Below, one piece after another: positions 35,283 through 44,281 of a stretch of 64,000 nucleotides of DNA. The stretch covers positions 10,952-74,951 of the forward strand of contig JANOYW010000019.1 in NCBI GenBank assembly GCA_031429075.1, in the 5' to 3' direction. The translations under genes were made by a program, and so were the position numbers. Below the pieces are notes generated by a model. That model ran no database searches. It was not told the DNA's origin and was given only the letters and a program-made list of their open reading frames with translations. Each line of letters starts with the position of its first letter. The first letter of the stretch is position 1. The stretch is from Bdellovibrionales bacterium (GTDB taxonomy: Bacteria; Bdellovibrionota; Bdellovibrionia; Bdellovibrionales; JAGQZY01).

Positions 35283-37118
35283 TCAACTAGGTTGTTGGCT
35301 TTGGCTCGAGATTTCTTGGAGTTTGTAGTAGCGCGCATAATAATTATCGATTTTTATCAAATCGCTGTGTTTGCCCATTTCGACGATTTTTCCTTTTTCA
35401 AGGACGACGATGATGTCGGCGGATTGAATGGTCGAGAGTCTGTGGGCTACCACGAAGGATGTTCTGTTCATCAACAGTGATGAAATACCTTTTTGGACTT
35501 CGGCTTCGCTCGCCGAATCTAGGGCGCTGGTGGCTTCGTCGAGAATGAGAATTGGGGCGTCTTTAAAGAGGGCGCGTGCGATGCTGAGACGCTGCTTTTG
35601 GCCGCCTGAGAGCTGGGCTCCGCGTTCGCCGGTGCGTGCGCTAAAGCCCTCGGGTTTGTCTTGAATAAAAGGCAGGGCGTTGGCTTTTTGTGCGGCTTCC
35701 ACTAATTTTTCATGGGATTTTGTAAGATTACTAAAACGAATGTTTTCTTCGATGGTTTCGTCGAAAATAAAGGTGTCTTGGGAGACGTAGGCGATTTCGT
35801 CTCTTAAGCGTTTCAGTGAAATTTCGCGAATGTCGACACCGTCAATCAGGATCGAGCCCTCGGTGGGATCAAAGAATCGTTCTAACAAGTTTACCATGGT
35901 GGATTTTCCGCCGCCACTTTCGCCAACGAGGGCGATGGTTTGGCCGCGGCGAACTGTGAGGTTTACGTCTTGCAAGATGCGTTTTTCGCCGTAATTAAAG
36001 GACACATTTTTAAACTCGATGCTTTTCCAATTGCTAGGGAACTCTGTCATCTGATGACTTGGTCTCTCGGTAATAACGTCCTGGCTTTCGATAATTTGCA
36101 TCACGCGTTGGATGCTGACTTCGGTTTGTTGAATACCAACGACCGCTTGCTCAATCTTTTTTATGGGCTTGATGAGATTCGCGGCCAATGCGAGAAACAT
36201 AAAAAATGAAGACAAATCTGATTCACCCCTTAAAATTTTTCTCCCCACGTAAAAGCAAATTCCTCCTACTACAAATGATACCAAAAACTCGTTAATGGGG
36301 CTCGAAACCTCCATGCGCTTCGAAACTTTCTTACGAACGCTGTTGTATTGGTTTACTTTGTGGCGAAACCGAACGCGCACGTAGTCTTCGAGATTGTAGG
36401 CGTGAATGACCCTCATTCCATCTATAGATTCTTTAAAAATTTTTGTGAGAATATCGAGATTCTCTTGGCTTTCTCCAGAGAGTTTTCGCAGTCGACGACT
36501 CACACTTTGTGTAACAAAAACAACTAGGGGCGCGAAAACCAAGCAAATTGTTGTAAGCTTCCAATCAACCCATAACATGAGGGTCAAACTAATAATTGCA
36601 ATAAATGGCTCGCGTATTAAATCTGTGTAAAGATTCAAGCCCTGTTGAATCACCAAGGTATCATTTAAAGTACGACTCAAAAGACTTCCTGAACCAGCGT
36701 GTAGGTTGAGAAAAAATTGATGGTTTAATGTTACCAGTCGATTTAATAATTCGAATCTCATTTCGTTACTAATTTTCTCTGCTAAAAAGCGTGCACGGTA
36801 TTGGTTAACATACCGAACAATACCCAAAATCAGAAAAACTACGGGAAATCCGATCGCTGCGATCCGCAATTGAAAATCGTAGTCTAATGCTAACTTCGTA
36901 ATTAAATCGCGACCAAACTGGTTTTCGAGAAAATTCAAAACGCTTACAGGTAGCTTGGTAATGAGGCTTTTTTTCTCGAGTGCATTCGTGAGAATACCAA
37001 TCAAGACCGTTGGAAATGAAGATACAATCCCCAAAACAAAGCCAGAAATAAAAACAAAGATCACTTCACCCTTAAAAGGACGGATGAACTGAATCAGTTT
37101 TAGAGCATTTTTGAACAT
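35283..37118 (-). CDS. Type I ABC exporter, fused TMD-NBD (MsbA-like lipid/glycolipid flippase)
   Basis: 611 aa with six N-terminal TM helices, then Walker A GESGGGKST, signature LSGGQKQRLSIARAL and Walker B ILILDEATSALD. Confidence 0.8.
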   Translation of the reverse strand: MFKNALKLIQFIRPFKGEVIFVFISGFVLGIVSSFPTVLIGILTNALEKKSLITKLPVSVLNFLENQFGRDLITKLALDYDFQLRIAAIGFPVVFLILGIVRYVNQYRARFLAEKISNEMRFELLNRLVTLNHQFFLNLHAGSGSLLSRTLNDTLVIQQGLNLYTDLIREPFIAIISLTLMLWVDWKLTTICLVFAPLVVFVTQSVSRRLRKLSGESQENLDILTKIFKESIDGMRVIHAYNLEDYVRVRFRHKVNQYNSVRKKVSKRMEVSSPINEFLVSFVVGGICFYVGRKILRGESDLSSFFMFLALAANLIKPIKKIEQAVVGIQQTEVSIQRVMQIIESQDVITERPSHQMTEFPSNWKSIEFKNVSFNYGEKRILQDVNLTVRRGQTIALVGESGGGKSTMVNLLERFFDPTEGSILIDGVDIREISLKRLRDEIAYVSQDTFIFDETIEENIRFSNLTKSHEKLVEAAQKANALPFIQDKPEGFSARTGERGAQLSGGQKQRLSIARALFKDAPILILDEATSALDSASEAEVQKGISSLLMNRTSFVVAHRLSTIQSADIIVVLEKGKIVEMGKHSDLIKIDNYYARYYKLQEISSQSQQPS

Positions 37119-37188
37119 GTCTTTTTATAGCCAAATCGTGCCTGAATGTCTGCAAATTAATCAAGCGTGAGCGGCTTTCCTCGCTGGG

Positions 37189-38583
37189 CTACATTCGTTT
37201 ATAATCGTCCTGATAGCGCTTGATATCGTCCTCGCCAAAATAATCCCCAGTTTGCACTTCCACAAAGCGCAGGGCTTTGGTGCCTGTATTTTTTATTCGG
37301 TGCTTGGAGTTTTCGGGAATCACAATGGAACTACCAGGTAGGACGCTCAAAGCCTGTTCGTTAATGATCACATCCCCTTCGCCCTCGATCACCACCCAGT
37401 GTTCACTGCGATGTTCATGGGATTGATAGGACAACTGTGCGCCTGGATTCACTTTGATCACCTTGATTTTGAAATCAGAGGTGTCTGAAAGCACTTCGTA
37501 CTGTCCCCATGGCCGAAAATCAAAAGAGTGTTCCGAGGTTTTTTTACTTTTCTTTTTGTTCAGGTCTTCAACTAAAGTTTTAATTTCCTGAGTGGAGCCT
37601 TTTTTAGAAATCAACAAAGCATCTGGTGTGTCGATGATAATTAAATCTTCGACTCCCACTAAGCCAACCAGTTTTTGTTTGAGGGCGAAAACAAAATTGT
37701 TTTTGCTCTGCACTTCATGAACATCCGAGGCCGCGGCGCCAAGATTGGGCTGGCTTTTAAAAAGTTTAGCAAAATCATCCCACGACCCCAAATCGCTCCA
37801 ACCGATACTGCAAGGGATACAAACCTGATTTGTGGCTTTTTCCATAATCCCGTAATCGATACTGATGGAAGGCACTTGCTCGTAAACGTCTTTCAGATTG
37901 GAAAGATCGCTTTTGAGTGTGGAAATCACCTTCCACAGATCGGGCATATGAGTTTGAAATTCTTTGACCATGGTGGAAACTTTAAAAATAAACATACCCG
38001 CATTCCAGTAATATCTCTTCTCGCTCAAAAACTTTTCAGCCGTCGCTAGATTGGGCTTTTCACGAAACCCTTGAACCTGCTTGGCTATTAGCTTCCCTTC
38101 TTTTTGAAACTCTGTTTCCGTGCATTCAATATAACCAAAACCAGTGGCGGGATAGTCTGGTTCAATCCCAACAGTCACGATTTGATTTTTTTCGGCGCAG
38201 ATTTTAGCAAATTGAATCACTTTTTTAAATTCGGCTTCGTCGCTGATCAAATGATCGGCGGGGAAAATCCCCAAAATCTCGTTTTCTTTTTTTTCTAAAA
38301 GCATTTTTTGGCAAATCAAAGCGATGGCGGGCGCGGTGTTTTTAGCTAGCGGCTCATAAATCACTTGCTCGCTTTTCATGCCTAAATCAGTCACGCATTT
38401 ATCTGTGAGTACACGCAGTGACTCCACTGTGATCACGTAGGGTGACCCCAACCCCATCAGGCGCTTGAGAGTTTTTTCAAGCAACGGTTCGTCAAAAATA
38501 TCACAAAACTGTTTGGGATATGACGAACGCGAAATGGGCCACAGGCGACTTCCCGAGCCGCCCGAAAGAATCACTGGAATCAT
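37189..38583 (-). CDS. manC: Mannose-1-phosphate guanylyltransferase / mannose-6-phosphate isomerase (bifunctional type)
   Basis: 464 aa with MIPVILSGGSGSRLWPISR, NAGMFIF and a C-terminal cupin (RPWGQYEVL..SYQSHEHRSEHWVV). Confidence 0.85.
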   Translation of the reverse strand: MIPVILSGGSGSRLWPISRSSYPKQFCDIFDEPLLEKTLKRLMGLGSPYVITVESLRVLTDKCVTDLGMKSEQVIYEPLAKNTAPAIALICQKMLLEKKENEILGIFPADHLISDEAEFKKVIQFAKICAEKNQIVTVGIEPDYPATGFGYIECTETEFQKEGKLIAKQVQGFREKPNLATAEKFLSEKRYYWNAGMFIFKVSTMVKEFQTHMPDLWKVISTLKSDLSNLKDVYEQVPSISIDYGIMEKATNQVCIPCSIGWSDLGSWDDFAKLFKSQPNLGAAASDVHEVQSKNNFVFALKQKLVGLVGVEDLIIIDTPDALLISKKGSTQEIKTLVEDLNKKKSKKTSEHSFDFRPWGQYEVLSDTSDFKIKVIKVNPGAQLSYQSHEHRSEHWVVIEGEGDVIINEQALSVLPGSSIVIPENSKHRIKNTGTKALRFVEVQTGDYFGEDDIKRYQDDYKRM

Positions 38584-38622
38584 TATTTCTCCTGTTGAAA
38601 AGCGGCCCGAAGAGCCCGCGCT

Positions 38623-39549
38623 CTATTTACTACAGAGCTTAGAAATAGCTTCACAATTTATGTCTGTGTCTGCAAGGACAAACAGGTGCACACCGTGGGC
38701 GCCCGTCGTTTTTAAAGACTCAACCAGCCGAAAGAAGGGCTGCAAAAGGTTATCCACCGAAGCCTCCTGCCCCTCGTCGGGCAGTTGATTCAGATACCAG
38801 GCGGGCACTGAGCATTGAAAGCGTTGCTCCATGACTTTGGCTTGCTTTTTCGACTTCAGAATTCTTAAACCAGGCAGCACTGGCTGTGCAAAACCCATGG
38901 AGCGGACTTCATTTAAAAAACGTTCGTATTTGTCGGGATCAAAAAGCATTTGGGTGATGCCATACTCTGCACCCGCAGCAAATTTTACGCGAATGTATTC
39001 CCGTCGTTCTGTGGCGTCTTGATGCTCGGGGTAAGCCGCTACACCAACGCAAAATTGCGTTCGTTCGCGGGATTCCACATTAAAATCTTTACGTTTTAAA
39101 AACTCGCCGCGATTCATCTTTACTACATGATTTACCAGCTCGTAAGCATAGGAATACCCGCCCTCGCGCGGTTTCCAATCAGTCTCACCCATGGGCGGAT
39201 CTCCGCGCAGTGCTAAAATATTGCGAATGCCAAAGTAGTGATGATCCATCAACTGATTCTCGACCTCGGCTGGCACTAAATCTCGACAGGTAAAGTGGGC
39301 AATGCAAGGTCGGTTTAACTTTTCCTTAATAGCTTGGGCAATGGGCAAGCTTCCCCCCCGCAAACTTCCCCCAGCCCCTTTAGTGACCGATAAAAAATCA
39401 ACTCCAGAGTCAATAATGCGTTTCAGTTTGTTAAACGTGAGGGCCTGATCTTCCCCATTTCGCGGTGGAACAACTTCGGCCGAGACCGTGAAAGCTTTTG
39501 CTTTCAAAACTTCCGTCACTGTTTTATCAATTGTGTAACCAAGGGTCAT
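38623..39549 (-). CDS. metF: 5,10-methylenetetrahydrofolate reductase
   Basis: 308 aa with SAEVVPPRNG, FLSVTKGAGGS, HFTCRD, ILALRGDPP and ITQMLFD. The ATG overlaps the stop of the upstream transferase gene (ATGA). Confidence 0.8.
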   Translation of the reverse strand: MTLGYTIDKTVTEVLKAKAFTVSAEVVPPRNGEDQALTFNKLKRIIDSGVDFLSVTKGAGGSLRGGSLPIAQAIKEKLNRPCIAHFTCRDLVPAEVENQLMDHHYFGIRNILALRGDPPMGETDWKPREGGYSYAYELVNHVVKMNRGEFLKRKDFNVESRERTQFCVGVAAYPEHQDATERREYIRVKFAAGAEYGITQMLFDPDKYERFLNEVRSMGFAQPVLPGLRILKSKKQAKVMEQRFQCSVPAWYLNQLPDEGQEASVDNLLQPFFRLVESLKTTGAHGVHLFVLADTDINCEAISKLCSK

Positions 39550-40565
39550 GCGTCTGCCTCACCCGCTCTAAGGTATAAAACAAATCCGAACACCGGCACG
39601 TAGGCCGCCACTAAAAATGCAAAACTCTTTGTAGGATAAGTCATGCAAAAAGCGGCCATGGGAAATAGCCATAAAACTGTAATAAGAACATACAGCGACG
39701 TAACGCGAGCATGCCCCCAACCCCTTTGCATTAATTTTTGAAAACCATGCTGGCGGTGAGCATTAAAGATGCGCTCTCTTCGAGTGGCTCGTCTAAATAG
39801 AGTCCATGTTGCATCTACGATCATCAAACCAAAAATAATAAGGTGAATATAAAGCGAACTGTCGTAGTACATTTTAGATACCAAAGCTAAGGCCCCAAAA
39901 ACGTAACCCAAAAAATAAGCACCTGCATCGCCCATAAAAACCTTAGCAGGATGCCAGTTAAAAACTAAAAATCCCGCCAGAGCATAAGCTAAAATAAGAT
40001 ACGTCACGGCTAGATCTTGATGCCCGGAGATGTAAGAGAGCAAAGAAATCAAGCCCGATCCCACCATTCCCACGCTGGTTGCCAAGCCATCGCAGCCATC
40101 CATAAAATTGTAAAGGTTGATAAACCACGCAATAAAGAGAATACAAAATGCCGTTGTCAGCCACGGCCACTCCGGTAAAAAAGAAATTGTGATATCTTTA
40201 GAAAAGCCCGATGAAATCAAAATGAATACAAAAAAAGCAACCAACATATGAACTGACAAGCGCACGCCTGCGGGAATGGAACTAATATCATCCCAATAGC
40301 CAAGAAGCATAATAACGGGTCCGCCGAGAAAAACTGGAAAGGTGTACTTGAGAGTTAAAATTCCCTGTTGCACCAAAATCGCAAGAACGATATTAAAGCT
40401 TAAAAAAAAGGTAATTCCCGAGCCCCGCGGTATAGGTATCTTGTGGGAACTGCGTTCGTTGGGAACGTCCATGATCCCATACTTCATTGCCACTCGACGA
40501 TAATAAATCGTCAGCAATAACGATAAGACAAAACTCAGCGATGCAGCAAAGGCAATCACGTACAT
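39546..40565 (-). CDS. Polyprenyl-phosphate HexNAc-1-phosphate transferase (MraY/WecA/WbpL family), initiating enzyme
   Basis: 339 aa and polytopic, with VPNERSSHK, NLYNFMDGCDGLA and VFMGDAGAYFLG. Confidence 0.85.
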   Translation of the reverse strand: MYVIAFAASLSFVLSLLLTIYYRRVAMKYGIMDVPNERSSHKIPIPRGSGITFFLSFNIVLAILVQQGILTLKYTFPVFLGGPVIMLLGYWDDISSIPAGVRLSVHMLVAFFVFILISSGFSKDITISFLPEWPWLTTAFCILFIAWFINLYNFMDGCDGLATSVGMVGSGLISLLSYISGHQDLAVTYLILAYALAGFLVFNWHPAKVFMGDAGAYFLGYVFGALALVSKMYYDSSLYIHLIIFGLMIVDATWTLFRRATRRERIFNAHRQHGFQKLMQRGWGHARVTSLYVLITVLWLFPMAAFCMTYPTKSFAFLVAAYVPVFGFVLYLRAGEADA

Positions 40566-41663
40566 TTACTGAGCAGCTTTCTGTACGGCCTCAATCACAG
40601 TTTTCACATGGGCTTTGGGCATTCCAGGATACAACGGGAGACTAAATACCTGTTTTGATAATTTTTCAGTCATTGGCAAAGACACTTTTTGCAAATGTTT
40701 GTACACCGGCTGCTCATGCATTCCCGACGGATAATGAATAGAAGTTGGCACGCCAGATTGCTCTAGCTTTTTAATAAAGCTTTCGCGCTCTGCCACGGCC
40801 AAAGTGTACTGCGCAAACACGGTGTTTCGATCTGGTCGAATAACAGGAATGCTCACGCCCTTCAGGCCCGCAAAGGCATCGTTATAGGCTTGACCTATCT
40901 CACGGCGTTCGGCCAAATCTTGATCATAAAATTTTAGTTTTTCGCGAACCACGGCACACTGAATGGGATCCAATCGACCATTAAAACCGATGTACTCGTG
41001 ATGATAGCGCTTCGTCTGCCCGTGCACGCGAATCCAATCTAACTTTTTAGCAAGCTCGGGATCGGAAGTGAATACGGCGCCGCCGTCCCCCGCGCAACCC
41101 AATGGTTTTGCTGGGAAGAAACTTGTGCAACCAATGTGGCTCACCGCACAGCTTCTTTTTCCTTTATAGAGAGCGCCAAAACTTTGCGCAGCATCTTCGA
41201 TCACAAACAGGCCGTGTTTTTGCGCAATGCTCATGATTTCGTCCATATCGGAAATCTGTCCATAAAGAGAAACCGGCATGATCGCTTTGGTTTTTGGTGT
41301 GATCGCTTTTTCGAGTAAATCTACGTTGATATTATAAGTATCTGCTTCGATGTCGACGAAAACCGGGTTGGCCCCTAAGAGCGAAATCACACCGGCTGTG
41401 GCAAAAAATGAAAATCCAGTGGTGACGACATCGTCACCCGGTTTTACACCCACGGCCAATAGCGCATTTAAAAGAGCCACTGTGCCGTTTGAAACAGCAG
41501 ACGCAAACGTGGCACCGGTGAATTGCGCCAGTTCTGTTTCGCAGGCGACAACTTCGGGGCCTAAAACATATTGCCCACTCGCTAAAATCTGTAAAACCTT
41601 GGGTTCTATCTGAGCCTGAATCTTTTTGTACTGGATTGCTAAATCGAGATACGGAATGGCCAT
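40566..41663 (-). CDS. DegT/DnrJ/EryC1/StrS-family PLP-dependent sugar aminotransferase
   Basis: 365 aa with LGPEV..E..L, NGTVAL, IEDAAQSFG and a SFFPAKPLGC block (PLP Lys). Confidence 0.85.
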   Translation of the reverse strand: MAIPYLDLAIQYKKIQAQIEPKVLQILASGQYVLGPEVVACETELAQFTGATFASAVSNGTVALLNALLAVGVKPGDDVVTTGFSFFATAGVISLLGANPVFVDIEADTYNINVDLLEKAITPKTKAIMPVSLYGQISDMDEIMSIAQKHGLFVIEDAAQSFGALYKGKRSCAVSHIGCTSFFPAKPLGCAGDGGAVFTSDPELAKKLDWIRVHGQTKRYHHEYIGFNGRLDPIQCAVVREKLKFYDQDLAERREIGQAYNDAFAGLKGVSIPVIRPDRNTVFAQYTLAVAERESFIKKLEQSGVPTSIHYPSGMHEQPVYKHLQKVSLPMTEKLSKQVFSLPLYPGMPKAHVKTVIEAVQKAAQ

Positions 41664-41771
41664 AACTTCTCCTCAGAAAATTTGCGTCGAATCTAATACA
41701 ATCTTCTTAGGGCTATTTATATCTGATGAAAGCCTGTGCTCACAAGCTAGAATCTCAGACGCCTCGCGCCC

Positions 41772-41828
41772 TGTTTGCCGCCGCAAACAATGCACCGGTT
41801 GCTCTCTGCTTAAAAACCCTGGTATCAT
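41772..41828 (+). promoter_or_regulatory. Candidate operator hairpin plus sigma70-like promoter for the 41847 gene pair
   Basis: Inverted repeat TGTTTGC-CGCC-GCAAACA (41772-41789), then TTGCTC (41799-41804), 18 nt, TATCAT (41823-41828). AAAAGGA lies before the ATG. Found by eye only. Confidence 0.2.
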
Positions 41829-41846
41829 TTCTCAAAACCTAAAAGG

Positions 41847-42386
41847 ATGCCTATGACCGTTTTGTTAAAACAGCTTTTCGAGCTTGTAAAACTTCTTCAT
41901 TCCGAAAACGAAACCACCCCGGTGGCTTGGGGGATTTCCTTGGGCTTTGTGCTCGGGATGACACCGGCTTTTTCGCTGCAAAGTGTACTGGTGTTTTTTC
42001 TGCTGTTTATTTTCCGGATCCAAATTGGCGCTGCTTTTTTAGCGGCTTTCTTCTTTAAGTTCCTCGCGTTTTTTCTCGATCCAGTTTTTCACTCAGTGGG
42101 TGCCGCGGTTCTCACCTTGGATTCTTTGGAACCACTGTTTACGACTCTTTACAACATGCCTGTTGTGCCGTGGACCCGTTTTTACAATAGCATCGTCATG
42201 GGCTCCGGAGTGGTCTCCATTGCCCTCATTCCGTTTGTCTTTTACGGGTCAAAAATTGCCGTCAGTAAATATCGCACCACCGTTGTCGCCCGGGTCAAGG
42301 AAACCAAAGCCTGGAAGTTCTTTAAGGCCACAACTTTTTATAAGTGGTACGTCAGCTACGACAACTTGTACGGGGGTATGGAATGA
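41847..42386 (+). CDS. DUF2062-like small integral membrane protein (recalled as TIGR03546-type)
   Basis: 179 aa. ETTPVAWGISLGFVLGMTPAFSLQ..FLDP matches the DUF2062 pattern (S/TP..A.G...G...G..P...NP-like). It has 3-4 TM segments. Confidence 0.5.
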   Translation: MPMTVLLKQLFELVKLLHSENETTPVAWGISLGFVLGMTPAFSLQSVLVFFLLFIFRIQIGAAFLAAFFFKFLAFFLDPVFHSVGAAVLTLDSLEPLFTTLYNMPVVPWTRFYNSIVMGSGVVSIALIPFVFYGSKIAVSKYRTTVVARVKETKAWKFFKATTFYKWYVSYDNLYGGME

Positions 42387-44281
42387 GTAAAGAAGTAAAA
42401 ATTAAAAAAAAGAAAAAAAAGGGACCGATTCGCTTTGAGGCCATCATCCCCATCGCCATTGTGTTCCTTCTGTTTTTTGCTTACTTCAAATTCTTCTTTG
42501 ATATCCACCTCAAAGCGGGAATGGAAATGGGCGGAACTTACGCCAATGGCGCCGAAGTTAATATTGGCTCCCTTTCCACCAGTTTTTTCAACGCCTCGTT
42601 AGACATTCGCGACATTCAGGTCACCAATAAAGAAGCCCCCACTCACAACGTTTTACAGATTGGCACCATTCAGTTTAAAGCTCTCTGGGATGCCTTGCTG
42701 CGCGGAAAAGTTGTTATTCCCTTAGCCGGTGTTACCGACATCATGATCAACACAGCTCGCAAACGCCCTGGACGCGTGCTTCCAGTTAAAAAAAGCTCCG
42801 ACGACAATGTGCAAAGTATGAAATCCAGCGCCCTCGACGTGACTAACAAAGTTTTAGAGGGAAGCATCTTTGGAGATCTGGCCGCCATTGCCCAAGGCGA
42901 CAACTACAAAGAAAAGCTCAAGGAGATGGAAGGCAATCTTAAAACCTCGCAGTTCATTCAAAAAATGGAAACGGAACTGCAAGGCAAAGAAAAACTTTGG
43001 AAAGAGCGCATCGAAAAGCTGCCACAAAAAGAGGAGCTTAAAAAACTGCAAGATCGTGTAAAAGCCCTCAAAGTCGACAGCAAAGACCCCAAGGCGATTC
43101 TCGCCGCTGTTAAAGATGCCGAAGCGATTTACAAAGAAATCGACGAAAAATACAAAACCATCAAAAACACCAGCGGTGAACTTTCGGGCGATCTCAAACT
43201 TTATAAAAACCTTTATGCTGATATCAAAAAATACGTGGATGAAGACTTAAAAGATCTCGAAGGGAAACTGGGAATTCCGTCTTTAGATCCAAAAGATCTC
43301 GCCATGCGCATCTTTGGCCGTCAGTTTGCCAGCGAAATCTACCGCGCCGAAAAATACATGCGCCTGGCTCGCGAGTACATGCCACCGCCCAAAAAAGATC
43401 GACAAAAACCCACTGTCACTCCCCGCGAACGACAAACTGGTAAAGACTTTAAGTTCCGCATCACAAAGGGCTATCCAAAACTTTGGATTCAAAAAGCCAA
43501 CGTGAGTTCAAAAGCCAGTGCCGAAGGTTTTTCTGGCAGCATCAGCGGCGAAATCCTCAATATCACGGATGCGCCATCGAGCATTGCACAACCCATGGAA
43601 GCCAAACTCACAGGGGAATTTCCTAAAAGTCAGATGTACGATGTCGTGATTCACGCCGTTGTGGACCATCGCACAGAAAATGCTAAAGAATACGGCACCA
43701 TCAAGATTGGCGCTTTTCCGCTGAAGGATATGATGCTCTCGCAATCCAGCGACGTAACCTTTGGATTCAAAGAGGCCGTAGGCTCCTCAGTTTTAAAAGT
43801 GGAACTTTTGGATGAAGGTGTCTCACTTAACTTCGACGCCACCTTCGACAAAATCGCTTATCTCATCGAAGCCAAGTCGTCGAAGGTCAAAGAGATCCTC
43901 ACCAATATCTCTGGCAGTCTTGGAGCATTGTCTTTACAAGGCAGTGCCAAGGGTGCTTGGAGTAACTTGGATTTAGATCTCAATTCCAATATCGGCACAA
44001 AGCTTCAAGAAGCGCTCAAGCAAGAGCTCAACAAACAAGTGGCCGAACTAAAAGACAAGCTCCGCAACGAAGTGAATAAAAAGGTTGAAGGCGAAAAAGA
44101 AAAACTCATGTCAAAAGTCGGCGACTTTGAGAAAAAGTATGGCGTGTCGTTAAAAAATCAGGAAGATGCCATTAATTCGTTAAAAGGAAAACTCGACGAA
44201 GAGAAAAAGAAGGCCAAGAACAAGGGCAAAGACGAAATTAAAGACAAAGCCAAAGATCTTTTGAAAAAGTTTAAATTCTAA
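42383..44281 (+). CDS. Large N-anchored envelope protein with AsmA/DUF748-like N-terminal segment and K/E-rich coiled coils (recalled as TIGR03545-type)
   Basis: Start taken at the ATG at 42383, overlapping the upstream TGA (ATGA); the ORF track starts at 42344. Sequence order: MSKEVKIKKKKKKG, then the TM helix IIPIAIVFLLFFAYFKFFF, a beta-rich segment, long KE-rich heptad-like regions and a lysine-rich tail. Confidence 0.45.
   Translation: MSKEVKIKKKKKKGPIRFEAIIPIAIVFLLFFAYFKFFFDIHLKAGMEMGGTYANGAEVNIGSLSTSFFNASLDIRDIQVTNKEAPTHNVLQIGTIQFKALWDALLRGKVVIPLAGVTDIMINTARKRPGRVLPVKKSSDDNVQSMKSSALDVTNKVLEGSIFGDLAAIAQGDNYKEKLKEMEGNLKTSQFIQKMETELQGKEKLWKERIEKLPQKEELKKLQDRVKALKVDSKDPKAILAAVKDAEAIYKEIDEKYKTIKNTSGELSGDLKLYKNLYADIKKYVDEDLKDLEGKLGIPSLDPKDLAMRIFGRQFASEIYRAEKYMRLAREYMPPPKKDRQKPTVTPRERQTGKDFKFRITKGYPKLWIQKANVSSKASAEGFSGSISGEILNITDAPSSIAQPMEAKLTGEFPKSQMYDVVIHAVVDHRTENAKEYGTIKIGAFPLKDMMLSQSSDVTFGFKEAVGSSVLKVELLDEGVSLNFDATFDKIAYLIEAKSSKVKEILTNISGSLGALSLQGSAKGAWSNLDLDLNSNIGTKLQEALKQELNKQVAELKDKLRNEVNKKVEGEKEKLMSKVGDFEKKYGVSLKNQEDAINSLKGKLDEEKKKAKNKGKDEIKDKAKDLLKKFKF

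Noticed and set aside
37119-37188. Possible hairpin (AGCG...CGCT) between the manC stop and the MsbA-like gene start.
   Set aside because: The stem is only about 4 bp with no T-tract, so it is not convincing as a terminator.
44278-44281. Convergent genes overlap at their stop codons with no terminator between them.
   Set aside because: A 4-nt tail-to-tail overlap is common in compact genomes and by itself does not indicate a functional element.
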